A stretch of DNA of 64,000 nt from Terriglobia bacterium (GTDB taxonomy: Bacteria; Acidobacteriota; Terriglobia; UBA7540): NCBI GenBank assembly GCA_050011515.1, contig JBEKIZ010000003.1, positions 16,805 to 80,804 of the forward strand. The letters run 5' to 3'. The notes under the pieces were generated by a model that worked only from the letters and a program-made list of their open reading frames with translations, ran no database searches and was not told the DNA's origin. The translations under genes were made by a program, and so were the position numbers. Below are positions 26,523-37,000 of this stretch, in pieces. Each line of letters starts with the position of its first letter. The stretch's first letter is position 1.

Positions 26523-28463
26523 ATGCGACTGCCCAAAGCGAAGTGGCCTCTCCTTATAGGTCTTGCCCTGTGCATCCTTCTGGCGTTCGCCGGGTTGGCC
26601 ATCTGGAAGGCGTCGCGGGCGCTCCACCGTGCCTCCGAGGAAGTGGCCGCAGCGGAAAACCTGAAATTCACAGTGTCGAGCCTGGACCATGCCGTCCCTT
26701 CCGGCGTCGAGTGGATCAGTTCCCCTGCGGTTTTTAATGACGCGGCCTTTTTCGAGGGTCGGCTGTACCTATGTGGTCCCTCGGGCCTGACCGAGTATTC
26801 CCCGGACGGGAAGCTGGTTGCCCGCTACCGAGTCGGCCTGGAGCTTCCCGCTGCGCCGCTGGTGGGCATGTCCATCGGTCGCGCCGCAGACGCCGCGGAG
26901 CCGGAACTCTACCTGGCCACTCGAGGCGGAGGTGTTCTGGCGTTCAGCGAGAAGAGTTCCCGGCAGATCCTTCCCGAGGCCAACCCGCTTCGCCAACTCA
27001 CTGCTGTGCTCCCCCTGGCCACTGGCCGACTCTTGCTGGGCACAGAAAAGAGCGGCATCTTGGTTTACGACGGCACACACCTCACACCCTTCCATCCGCA
27101 GCTTACGAAATTGCAAATCACGGCGCTGGCGGGGGACGATTCGAGCCTCTGGGCTGGCACGCTCGACGGTGGTGTCATCCATTGGCACGCCGGCCAGGCC
27201 GACCGCTTCGCGGAGGCCGAAGGGCTGCCCGACCCACGCGTTCTCTCGCTGGCCATTGACGGCGAGCGGACCTTTGTGGGCACCCCCATGGGCGTGGCGG
27301 AATTCCGGGACGGCAAGTTCACGCGCGTGCTGGCCTCCGGCTTCTTTGCCGGGGCCCTGCTGGCGGATGGCCAGACACTCGTCGTGGGCACGCTCGACGA
27401 GGGCATCTTGGAGGTCCCACTCGCCCCAAGTTCAAAGGCCGGCCCACGCCCGCGCGGCCAGGAAATCTCAGGCCGCATCATGCGTCTGCTTTCGGCCGAA
27501 ACCAACCTCTTCGCCCTGACGGATAGCGGCTTTTATAGCTTCAATCCGCGCGGTGGGACGTGGCGGCCCGTCATCGAACGCGAAGATACGTTGCTGGCGG
27601 ACCGTGACGTCTCCGCGCTCGCTTTTGATTCGTCCGGCCGCCTCTGGGTCGGTTACTTCGATCGCGGCCTCGATGTACTTTCGCCCTCCGGCGACCGGGC
27701 CACGCACATCGAAGACGAGCACGTCTTCTGCGTCAACCGCATCGTTCATGACTCGCAGCACGACACCACCGACGTGGCCACGGCCAATGGCCTGGTGGTG
27801 TTTGATGGGGCCCTCCGACAGCGTGAAGTGTTGGGGCGCAACGAGGGTTTGATTGCCGACCATGTGACCGATGTCGCGCTCACACCCGGGGGCATGACTT
27901 TGGCCACGCCCGCCGGGATCACTTTTCTTACACCTACCGGCGCGCGCAGCATCTACGCGTTTCACGGCCTGGTAAACAATCACGTCTATACCCTGGGCGC
28001 AGAGGGCACGCAATTGCTTGTGGGAACGCTCGGCGGCCTCTCGGTTCTCGACGAGGGCCAAGTGCGCATGAACTACACCACGGCAAACTCCGGGCTAAAA
28101 GCTAACTGGATTACTGCGCTGGCGCAGGTCGGCGACGAGTGGTTTGTGGGAAGTTACGGTGGCGGGATTTTTCGCCTCGACGCCACCGGGCGCTGCGAGA
28201 CGTTTCCCGACGCCACCGGGGCGTTCGTGGTGAATCCCAACGCCATGCTCGCCAGCGGCCAGCGCGTCTACGCCGGAACCCTGGAAAGAGGATTGTACGT
28301 TTACGAGCGCGCCCTGGGACGCTGGAGTGACGTCACCGCGGCCCTGCCCTCGCCCAACGTCACGGCTCTCGCGGTCCACAACGGCTACCTGTACATCGGC
28401 ACGGACAACGGCTTGATTCGCATTCTCGAGCAGAACCTGACTAGCCAAGGGCTCCGCCCTTGA
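26523..28463 (+). CDS. Membrane-anchored beta-propeller protein (two-component-regulator-propeller/Reg_prop-like repeats)
   Basis: N-terminal anchor MRLPKAKWPLLIGLALCILLAFAGLAIW, then about 12 repeats of the hhhGTxxGhxxh type (LWAGTLDGGVIHW, LVVGTLDEGILEV, LWVGYFDRGLDVL, LYIGTDNGLIRI). Confidence 0.7.
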   Translation: MRLPKAKWPLLIGLALCILLAFAGLAIWKASRALHRASEEVAAAENLKFTVSSLDHAVPSGVEWISSPAVFNDAAFFEGRLYLCGPSGLTEYSPDGKLVARYRVGLELPAAPLVGMSIGRAADAAEPELYLATRGGGVLAFSEKSSRQILPEANPLRQLTAVLPLATGRLLLGTEKSGILVYDGTHLTPFHPQLTKLQITALAGDDSSLWAGTLDGGVIHWHAGQADRFAEAEGLPDPRVLSLAIDGERTFVGTPMGVAEFRDGKFTRVLASGFFAGALLADGQTLVVGTLDEGILEVPLAPSSKAGPRPRGQEISGRIMRLLSAETNLFALTDSGFYSFNPRGGTWRPVIEREDTLLADRDVSALAFDSSGRLWVGYFDRGLDVLSPSGDRATHIEDEHVFCVNRIVHDSQHDTTDVATANGLVVFDGALRQREVLGRNEGLIADHVTDVALTPGGMTLATPAGITFLTPTGARSIYAFHGLVNNHVYTLGAEGTQLLVGTLGGLSVLDEGQVRMNYTTANSGLKANWITALAQVGDEWFVGSYGGGIFRLDATGRCETFPDATGAFVVNPNAMLASGQRVYAGTLERGLYVYERALGRWSDVTAALPSPNVTALAVHNGYLYIGTDNGLIRILEQNLTSQGLRP

Positions 28464-28506
28464 TATCCCGTGTAGGGCCGGGGCTTGCCCCGTGTGGAAA
28501 CTCCAG

Positions 28507-28588
28507 CCCTCTCCCCCTTGGGGAAGAGGGTGGCCCGCCGCCGGCGTTTTCTTCAGCCGGGGCGGGCCGGGTGAGGGGGTCGCGAGCC
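28507..28588. repeat. REP-like element, family B
   Basis: ccctctcccccttggggaagagggtggcccgccgccggcgttttcttcagccggggcgggccgggtgagggggtcgcgagcc. It is intergenic, 52 nt upstream of the VIT-vWA start. Confidence 0.85.
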
Positions 28589-28640
28589 TCCGCCCGTCCG
28601 TTTGCAGCTCCGTGTTTCGTCGCACATGACGGAGTAACCT

Positions 28641-31031
28641 ATGAAGCCCACCCACCGCTTACTGATCCTTCTCGTTCTCCTATCCACCGCCTCCTGGGGT
28701 TTTGGCGATGCCGGCGTCATCATTCCCACCGGGCAGGAACGGCCAGACCCTTCAATCCTATCGCTGGAGGAGATGCGCATAACCGTCTACATCGACAACG
28801 GCGATGCGCGCGTCTTCATCCAGCAGATCTACGGCAGCCATCAGGACGGCGTCCTGGAAGGCAATTACATTTTTGCCTTGCCCAGCTGCGCGACGATCTC
28901 CGACTTTGCCGTGTGGGACGGCGTTACGCGCATTCCCGGCGTCATCCTGGAGCGGAAGCGCGCCGAAGAGATTTATAACGCGCTGAAATGGCAGTCGATC
29001 GATCCCGGCCTATTACAGATGGGCGAGCGCGGCGCGGAGGAGGCGCGGCGCAGTCAAGTGTTCAGCGCGCACATCGTTCCCATTCCGGCCTTCGGCACGA
29101 AACGCCTCGAGATCGAGTATCACGAGACCCTTCCGGTTGAAAACCTGCAATCGTTCTTCGCCGTGCCTTTGCACCCGGATGCCTACCAGGCTCAAGCAGC
29201 GGCTCACCTCGACATCCACTTTGAGCTGCACACTCAGCACGCTATTCGGGACTTCCAGGTGATTGGCCAGACCTTTCCGCTGAAAATCACGGAACGCGGA
29301 CCCAACCTGGTGAAGGCAACGCTCGAAGCCAGCAACGCTCTGTTCAAGGAAGACTTTGCCGTGCGGTACGCATTTGACGAGGCCAAGGCCGATTCGGTCG
29401 AGGTCCTGACCTATCGCAACCCGCGCCCTCGCCAGCCCGATGCCGCGGATACGGCGCCTCCTCCGCCTAATACCAGCGAGCCGGGGTTTTTCCAGGCCTC
29501 GGCATTGTTCGCCTCTCACGGCCATGCGCCCGCCGCTGGCGACGCAACTTCAGCCGGGCCGCCACGAACTATCCTGGTACTGTTCGACACCTCGCTCTCC
29601 ATGCAATGGGAAAAGCTGGAGCGCAGCTACCTGGCCATGGAAACACTGCTCCGCTCGCTGCGGCCCGCCGACCGCTTCAATCTACTCCTCTTCAATACGG
29701 AGCTGAGCTGGTTTGAAAAGCAGCCCCTGATTGCGGACAAGCCCACGGTGGAGCGGGCTCTAGAATTTGTGCGGGCAAGCGGATTGCGCGGTGGAACCAA
29801 TCTTCAGCAGGCGCTGGATGCCGCGCTCACGCAGGCAAAAAGCTCTACGGGTGAGAGTTACATCGTCCTTCTGAGCGATGGAGGCGCCACGCGCGGCCTC
29901 ATCGGCACGGGCCGGCTGGCCGCCTGGTATTCCCGAGAGTGGAAGTCCCTGCCCGAGGCCTCACGCCCCCGAACTTACACCTTCGGCGTGGGCGATGACG
30001 CGAACCAAGTTCTTCTCCGCCTGCTCGGCCAGAACCGTGGCCTGATGAAATGGGTCCGGTCGACGGAGCCGATGGATTTCAAGCTGAATGCATTCATCGG
30101 CAAGATTGGGCGCGATCCCCTCTCGCGACTCAAACTCTCCTCTACGCCAGCGGCGAACTTCGACCTTGTTTATCCGCTCGATGACACAGTCTTCCCCGGC
30201 TCCGTTGCCGCCTGGGTCGGGCAATACAAGAAGCCGGTGCCGGCCGCACAGTTTGACGTTCAGGCCATCCGCGAAGGCGCAGCCACGAAGATGCATTCGA
30301 GCGTGCCACTCCCTGAGGAGAACCTGGAGCACCCGGACCTGCCGCGCACCTGGGCTAAGGCTCGCGTCGATGCGCTGCTGGCGAAGATCGAGCGCGAGGG
30401 TGAGGACCGCGCTTCCGTGGATGAAATCATCCGTCTGGCGCGCAAGTACAAGTTCGTCACGCCCTACACTTCGTTCTTAGCTGCGCCGCGCGCCCTGCTG
30501 CGCCCGCGCGTTATTCGGCCCGGCGATCCGGTCATTCGCGTGAAGACAGACCCCTCCATCACTTCCGTCGTGGCGCTCTTCCCCTTTGGCCTGATTAAAA
30601 GTCTGCGTTACCTGCCGGGCGAGGACATCTGGCAAACCCGCTTCCTTGCTCCCCAGGACATGACCGATGGGACATATGTGGTCCGCCTTATTCTGCGCGA
30701 CCGCGAAGGACACGTCTATCGCGAGTCGAAGACTTTCGTCATGGTGACGCAGCCGCCGGTAGTGCGGGTTCGCCTCGACAAGAAACAATTCCGGCGGGGC
30801 GAGTCCATTCCCTTGCGCGTGAGCGCTTCGGCGCGGACGCGCACCGTGCTCGCGCGGATGTACGGAGCCGAACCCGCTTATCTGACCTGGAACCAGGACG
30901 CAGGCGCAAACACCGGCAATCTGCTCGTCCCGGCGGACCTCCCCGCCGGCCCCTACACGCTGACGGTGACGGCGGAAGATATTGCCCACAACATCGGCAG
31001 CCAGGAGGTGACCATTGAAGTCCTACCGTAG
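28641..31031 (+). CDS. Secreted VIT + von Willebrand factor A domain protein with Ig-like C-terminal modules
   Basis: 796 aa. Signal peptide, VIT-like N-terminus (ITVYIDNGDARVFIQQIY...YIFALP...ISDFAVWDG), and vWA MIDAS ILVLFDTSLSM. Confidence 0.85.
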   Translation: MKPTHRLLILLVLLSTASWGFGDAGVIIPTGQERPDPSILSLEEMRITVYIDNGDARVFIQQIYGSHQDGVLEGNYIFALPSCATISDFAVWDGVTRIPGVILERKRAEEIYNALKWQSIDPGLLQMGERGAEEARRSQVFSAHIVPIPAFGTKRLEIEYHETLPVENLQSFFAVPLHPDAYQAQAAAHLDIHFELHTQHAIRDFQVIGQTFPLKITERGPNLVKATLEASNALFKEDFAVRYAFDEAKADSVEVLTYRNPRPRQPDAADTAPPPPNTSEPGFFQASALFASHGHAPAAGDATSAGPPRTILVLFDTSLSMQWEKLERSYLAMETLLRSLRPADRFNLLLFNTELSWFEKQPLIADKPTVERALEFVRASGLRGGTNLQQALDAALTQAKSSTGESYIVLLSDGGATRGLIGTGRLAAWYSREWKSLPEASRPRTYTFGVGDDANQVLLRLLGQNRGLMKWVRSTEPMDFKLNAFIGKIGRDPLSRLKLSSTPAANFDLVYPLDDTVFPGSVAAWVGQYKKPVPAAQFDVQAIREGAATKMHSSVPLPEENLEHPDLPRTWAKARVDALLAKIEREGEDRASVDEIIRLARKYKFVTPYTSFLAAPRALLRPRVIRPGDPVIRVKTDPSITSVVALFPFGLIKSLRYLPGEDIWQTRFLAPQDMTDGTYVVRLILRDREGHVYRESKTFVMVTQPPVVRVRLDKKQFRRGESIPLRVSASARTRTVLARMYGAEPAYLTWNQDAGANTGNLLVPADLPAGPYTLTVTAEDIAHNIGSQEVTIEVLP

Positions 31032-34000
31032 CCTCCGTTCACGAATTCTGATGGCCCTCCCGGTCGTCGGCCTATTCATCGCCGGCCTAACGGCGCGTGG
31101 CAACCTCGTTGAATGGTTACAGAACCTCGAAGGGAGCGGCCGTTTTGAGGCGGTCTTCTTCCGCACTGTTTCACTGCTTGGCGGTCCCGTGATGGTTCGC
31201 CGCCTGCCGGCCGAGGCGCGCAACGCCTTGAACGACCTGGTCTCGAAATCCCCCAACGACGCCGAACTCTACCGCATGCGCGCTCGCGCCGACGAGGCGC
31301 AATTGGATTTCACTGCCGCGGAGGCGGACTGGCAAAGGTATGCCCAACTCGCCCCCGATAAGGTCGATGGCCAACTCCAGCTTGCCGACTTCTACCACCG
31401 GCGCCTGCGCCCGCTGGACGAGATCAAGGCGCTGGCCGCCGCGGCGCAGGGGCCTTCTTCGCCCGCGGATAAACTGCTGGCTTCCAATCAGCAGCGGGCC
31501 TGGCAAACGTTCGAGCGCATCTTCCAGGTGATCCGCGTGCAAGCTTTGCCCGACACGCTTTCCATCGAGCAATACAACGCCTGGCTGGCGCGCTATCCGA
31601 AGAACGCGGCAACCTATTCCCGCTTCTTTGATTTCCTTATCGCAGAGAAGAAATTCTCAGAGGCGGAGCGGCTCATTAGCCGGTACGAGAAGGGGTTTCC
31701 GCGAGACAAGGTGTTTCCCATCGAAGCCCGCGCCACCCTGGCCTACAAGCGCGGCTCCACGGATGAGGCGCTGGCCCTCTACGACCGCAGTTTTCAGCCG
31801 CTCTGGCCGCCCGAGCTCGTCCAGGACTATTTCAATCTGCTCAAGGAAACCCACCGCTTGCGCGAATTCCTCAGTCGCGCCCGCGCTGCCGCCACAGCCG
31901 AGCCGAGCGACGTGACCGCCGCCGCGCGCTTGTTCTATTACTACCATCAACAGGGCAATCTCGGCGAGGCACAGCGCGCACTGGTCGAGTATCGGCGGCG
32001 CATGGAGAAGACGAACGCTCCCTGGAAAGGTGACCAACTCTGGACGCTCTCCCGCCTCTTCGATGACATCCACGCGTATAACGACGCGGCGCGCGGCTAT
32101 TACGCCCTCTACAGCCTGCCGGGCGTGGAGCCGGCGCTTCAGGAGAAAGCTCTGGCCGGAATCGCGAATCTTCTCTTGGCCGCCCCCGAACAGCCAATCG
32201 GCTTCGGCAGCAACTCAATTTCTTTCCTCCGCGACATCGGCGCCATGGATCCCTACCCAGGCTTCGTGAATGGGATCGTCTCCCTGCTGCTCAACTCCCA
32301 GTCGCCCGCCTTTCAATACTCTCAGGCGGAGGGGACCGCCGTCGCATATTTCCATCGCGCGCGGGCCGCGGACTTGATCGCGCTGTTCGATGAGCGCTTC
32401 CCGAAGTCGGGGGAGCGCAGCGAACTCCACGCCAGGCTGCTGGATGTTTATGCTGTCTATGCGGTCGACGACGCCATCCTGCGCGGGGGCCGCCGGTTCC
32501 TTGATTCCTTCCCCAAGGCGCCCCAGCGCGTCCATGTGGCCATGTTGATGGCCGATTGTTTTGCCCGCAAAAACAGGGTGAAGGAGGAACTCGCGCTCTA
32601 CGACCAGCTTCTCAACGAGCTGGCCGCGCGCGCCGATCACGTCCCGCTGGGCGAGGGCGCCCGATCGGATGTTTCAGTGGCGCAACCGCCTTGGCGCCAG
32701 AGGGAACTCGAAAACGAACAGGCTGACACTGATGAACAATCCCCCTCCCCGAGCCAGTCTCCTGTCGCGGGTCGCAGCCTGGAAAGATTGGCTCGCCAGC
32801 GCATGCGCCGCCGGCTCGATGCCAGCAGGGGTCAGACGACACAGGGGGGAGCGGGTCAGGCACGTTCTGCGGAGTACTCTCAGGTGCTCGAACGGTACAT
32901 TTCGCGTCTGGTCACCCTCGAGAGACCGCTTGAGGTACTTGATCTCTTCCGGCGCGAGATGGATCACAATCCCAACGATCCCGGCCTCTACGAGCGGCTG
33001 GCCACTTTCCTCGCGCAGAACCGCATGGACGAGCGCATTGAGGCCGTTTACAAAAAGGCCATCCAGCAGTTTCCTGAGCGCTCCTGGTACCAAAAGCTGG
33101 CCCGCTGGTATTTGCGCCGAAAGCAGAACCAGCAATTCGAAGAACTGACCCGACAGGTGATCCAGACCTTTTCCGGCACGGAGCTTGAGGAATACTTCCG
33201 GTCGGTTAGGTGGAGCGAACCGGTCATGCCCCAGATGTATGTGCAGTTGAACCTTTATGCCCGCCAGCGGTTTCCTCACAATCTCACGTTCGTGCGGAAC
33301 CTGCTGGAAGCCTTCCGCTCCAAGCCGACCAACAACCCCCAGGCTTGGGAAGCCCTCATCCGGCAAAACTGGTTTTATGACGACAACCTGCGCTCCGAGT
33401 ACTTTGCTTATTTGTCCAGCAAAGGCCGCCTCGATTCCGAGCTTCAGGCGGTGCGCGCCGCGAATCCCCAGGCCGGTGGGGGAAAATGGAACGAGCTTAC
33501 TCAGGCCAATCCCGCCGCCGCACAGTTCATCGCCGAAGCGGAGCTGTGGCGCTCGCACTTTGAAGACGCCGCACCCGTGATCAAGGCACTCGCGGAGGTC
33601 TATCCAGCGGACCAGGAGATGGGCCGGCGCGCCTCCTCTGTCTTCCGGTCGCTTGCGCCCTTCAATCCTCAATACACGGAGGTAGCTGCGGGTATCGAAG
33701 ACGCGCTGTCGAAGTCCAGTCCCGGGGACCGCGAAATTCTCATCCGCATCGGCGACATCTACGCCGACCGCGAGATGTTCGCCAAAGCACGTCCGTATTG
33801 GAACCGCGTGCCGGAACTCGAGCCCGGCAACCCCGATGCTTTCCTGGAATCAGCGGCGGTCTTCTGGGACTACTTCCTGTTCGGCGACACGTTGCGAGTG
33901 ATCAATGACGCGCGCAAGAAATTCTCGAATCCCGCCCTGTTCGCCTACGAGGCGGGAGCCGTTTACGAAGGCCGGCGGGACTTTCCCCGGGCGGTCGATG

Positions 34001-37000
34001 AATACCTGAAGGGTGGGCTGGCTTCCGCGGAGGACTCCGCCGCTCGCAACCGCCTGTTGCGACTGGTCAAGCGTTCGAGCTTGCGCGGGGCCATCGACCA
34101 GGCGACTCAGAAGGCCGCGAGCCGCGCCAACCCGGATTGGAATGCTGTCTCCCTGCGCATTGCCGTGCTGGAGGCGCTCAACCGCCGCGCCGATCTCGAC
34201 AGCTTTCTCACCCATCTGGCGCAGGACACTTCTTCGCTGGAACTTCTTGCACAAATCCAGCCGCTGGCGGACCGCTACGGCTTCGACAACGTTCGCATCC
34301 TCACCCTCGAGCGGCAGATCGCGTTCATGACCGACCCGGTGGAGAAGCTGCAGCTCCGCCTGCAACTGGCTCGCTTCTATGAGTCGAAAAATCAGATGGA
34401 GCAAGCTCGCACGCTGATGGAGAGCCTCTATAGCGAGAACCCGCTGCTCCTCGGCGTGGTGCGTTCCACCGTCGATTTCTACTGGCGTAACAAGATGTGG
34501 GACCCCGCCATCGACACTCTGCTGAAGGCGGCCAAGTCCGCCTACCCCGCCCTCGGCGAGCAGTTCACCTTCGAGGCGGCGCGCAAGGCGACCGAAGCCA
34601 AGGAATACGCGCGCGCCCGCGAATTACTCACGCCGCTGCTCCAGAATCAGCCCTACAACGCCGAATACCTGGCGGCGGTGGCGGACACCTACGCTCGCGA
34701 AGGCGACGACAAATCTCTGCGCGGCTTTTACCTTGCCAGGATCCACGACTTCAGCGACTCCAATCTGCCTGCCGATGAGAAGACGACTCGCATCGCAGCA
34801 CTTCGCCGCGGCCTCATTCCGGCGCTCACACGACTGAAAGATTCGGCCGGGGCGGTCGACCAGTACATCGAAATCCTCAACAAGTATGCGGAGGACGAAG
34901 GGCTGGCCCAGGAGGCCGCAGCCTTCGCCGACCGTAACGGCCGGCGCAAGCAACTGCTCGACTACTACACCAAGGCCACTGCCGATTCGCCCAAGGACTT
35001 CCGCTGGCCCATGGTGCTGGCACGAATCGAGACTTATTTCGAGGACTATTCCGGGGCAATCGCCTCGTACGTGAGAGCGCGCGGCGTCCGGCCCGACCGC
35101 ACAGACTTGCTGACGGCGCAGGCTAACCTGGAAGAGCGCTTGATGCGCTTCGACGACGCGCTGAAGAGCTACTCGCGCCTCTACGAGTTGGCTTACGAGA
35201 ATCCAGCATGGATGGAGAAGGTCGCGGAGCTGCATGCGCGTCAGGGCCAAACCGATGCGGCAGTCGTGGCGCTGAAGAAGGCCTTAGTGGAAGGTCGGCC
35301 GGAAAAACCCGAGATGTACTTCGCCGCCGCGGACCGCCTTGCAGGCTGGAATATGCTCGAAAAGGCCCGGCAATTCGCGGAGCGCGGCGTAGCTCTCGCG
35401 GGCAAGGATCTGTTGATCCACCCCGCGGATGGTAATGGCACGCTCATCTACGTGACGCTCCTGACGCGCCTGCGCGATTACAGCACGGCCTACGCGCGCC
35501 TCAGAGAGGCCTCGAAGGCGGCGCGGGACGCGCAAGTCCAACCCAATCTAAATCCCTTCCTCTCCGCCATGGGCGGCGCGGTGAAGGAATATTACACGCC
35601 TGAAGAAAACAGCGCCTTCGCCAACTTCCTTCTCAAAGAGAAGGAAGGGATGGAAACGAACGATTTCATCGAGACGCTCATCCCCTTGGCGCAATACGCA
35701 GGCCTGACGGACCTCGAGGCACGGTGGAGGTACGAGGTGATGATGGCCAGCCCCGGCTCGCGCCAGGCCCAAAGCATGGAAACGCGCCTGGGTGTGTTGC
35801 AAAAGCAGCGCATGCGCTTCAACGAACTCGGAGCGCAGCTCGAAGCCTACTGGAACGTATTCCCTCAGAGGCCGGGCAAAGACTACATCCTCCAAAGGGC
35901 TGCGGACAGCTACGGTTCGGCAGGAAACGCTGCGGCGGAACTACGAGTGCTTGAGGAGGCCTTCGATGGGGAGGGATTGCTTGGTCAGCATCTCTTCCGC
36001 TACCTCGAGCTGGTGTCGAGGACTTCACCTGAGCAGCTCGTAACCATCGCGGGAGGAGCGCGCGGAAATCCAGTGCGCGACGCAGCAGCAACCTCGGCGC
36101 TCGCGACGGGAAAGGTTGATCTGGCCCTCCGGGCCGTTGCCGGGCGCGGGAGCGGCCTGCCGCCCGTTTGGACGCGTGCCTACACGGGCCTGGTGGGCCT
36201 CTATTATTCCGAGCCCTCACCCGTCGTGAACTCTGCCTATCAGCAAGCTCTCGATACGCGAACGATTGGCGACCGCGTCGCGAAGCCGGGGAACCGAGAC
36301 GAAATGCTGGCCGGCGATATTTGGTTTTATTACGGCTCGCGATACGGGGAGTATCTTTCGGCTACGCACTTGGGCAACCCCGAGGATTACCTGCCGGCCA
36401 TGCTGGAAGGGACTCCAGCGAGTTCGGATGTCTACTTTACGCTCGCCGATTATTACCGTGACGCGGGCCAGCTCGAGAACGCCCTGGAGGATTTCGCGCA
36501 CGCGTTGGAACTGAATTCCAGGCGCGCCGATGCCCACGACCGCAGGGCGCAGATCCTTTGGCAGCAGGGCAAGCAGGATAGCGCCGTCAAGGAATGGTCG
36601 TTGGCGCTCGCGGCCTTCCATGCCCAAGAAGACAACAGCAAGGTTCCGCCCACTTTTTGGACGAATCTTCGCAGCACACTCGAAAATATCGGCGAACGCA
36701 AGCTGCTCCCACAGTTGCGTGACGACGCCGACCGCGTCGTCCGGACCTACGTCCGCCGCAACGGCAGCTACCGCGCCGCTCCCATCCTACGGGGCGTGCT
36801 GGCTGCGGCGGGAGATCCCGCGCAGGGGGCGGATTGGCTAGTAGACCTTTCTCGCGCCGCCCCATCCCCCATCGCTTTCCTCTCGGAGCTTGTCTCCGCC
36901 CCGTGGTTTCCCGCAGGCCACAAGGCGCCTCTCTATCAGAAGATCCTTGACCTGGCGCAAGATCAAGTGACTAAGACCTTCGGCGCAGAGCACTCCACCG

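Noticed and set aside
28460-28978. A 172-aa plus-strand ORF bridging the beta-propeller gene end and the VIT-vWA gene. Also the ORFs 17649-18104 and 17836-18624.
   Set aside because: Their N-terminal parts are translations of REP family B/C elements (PLPLGEEGGPPPAFSSAGAGRVRG type). The rest is out of frame with, or antisense to, well-supported genes.
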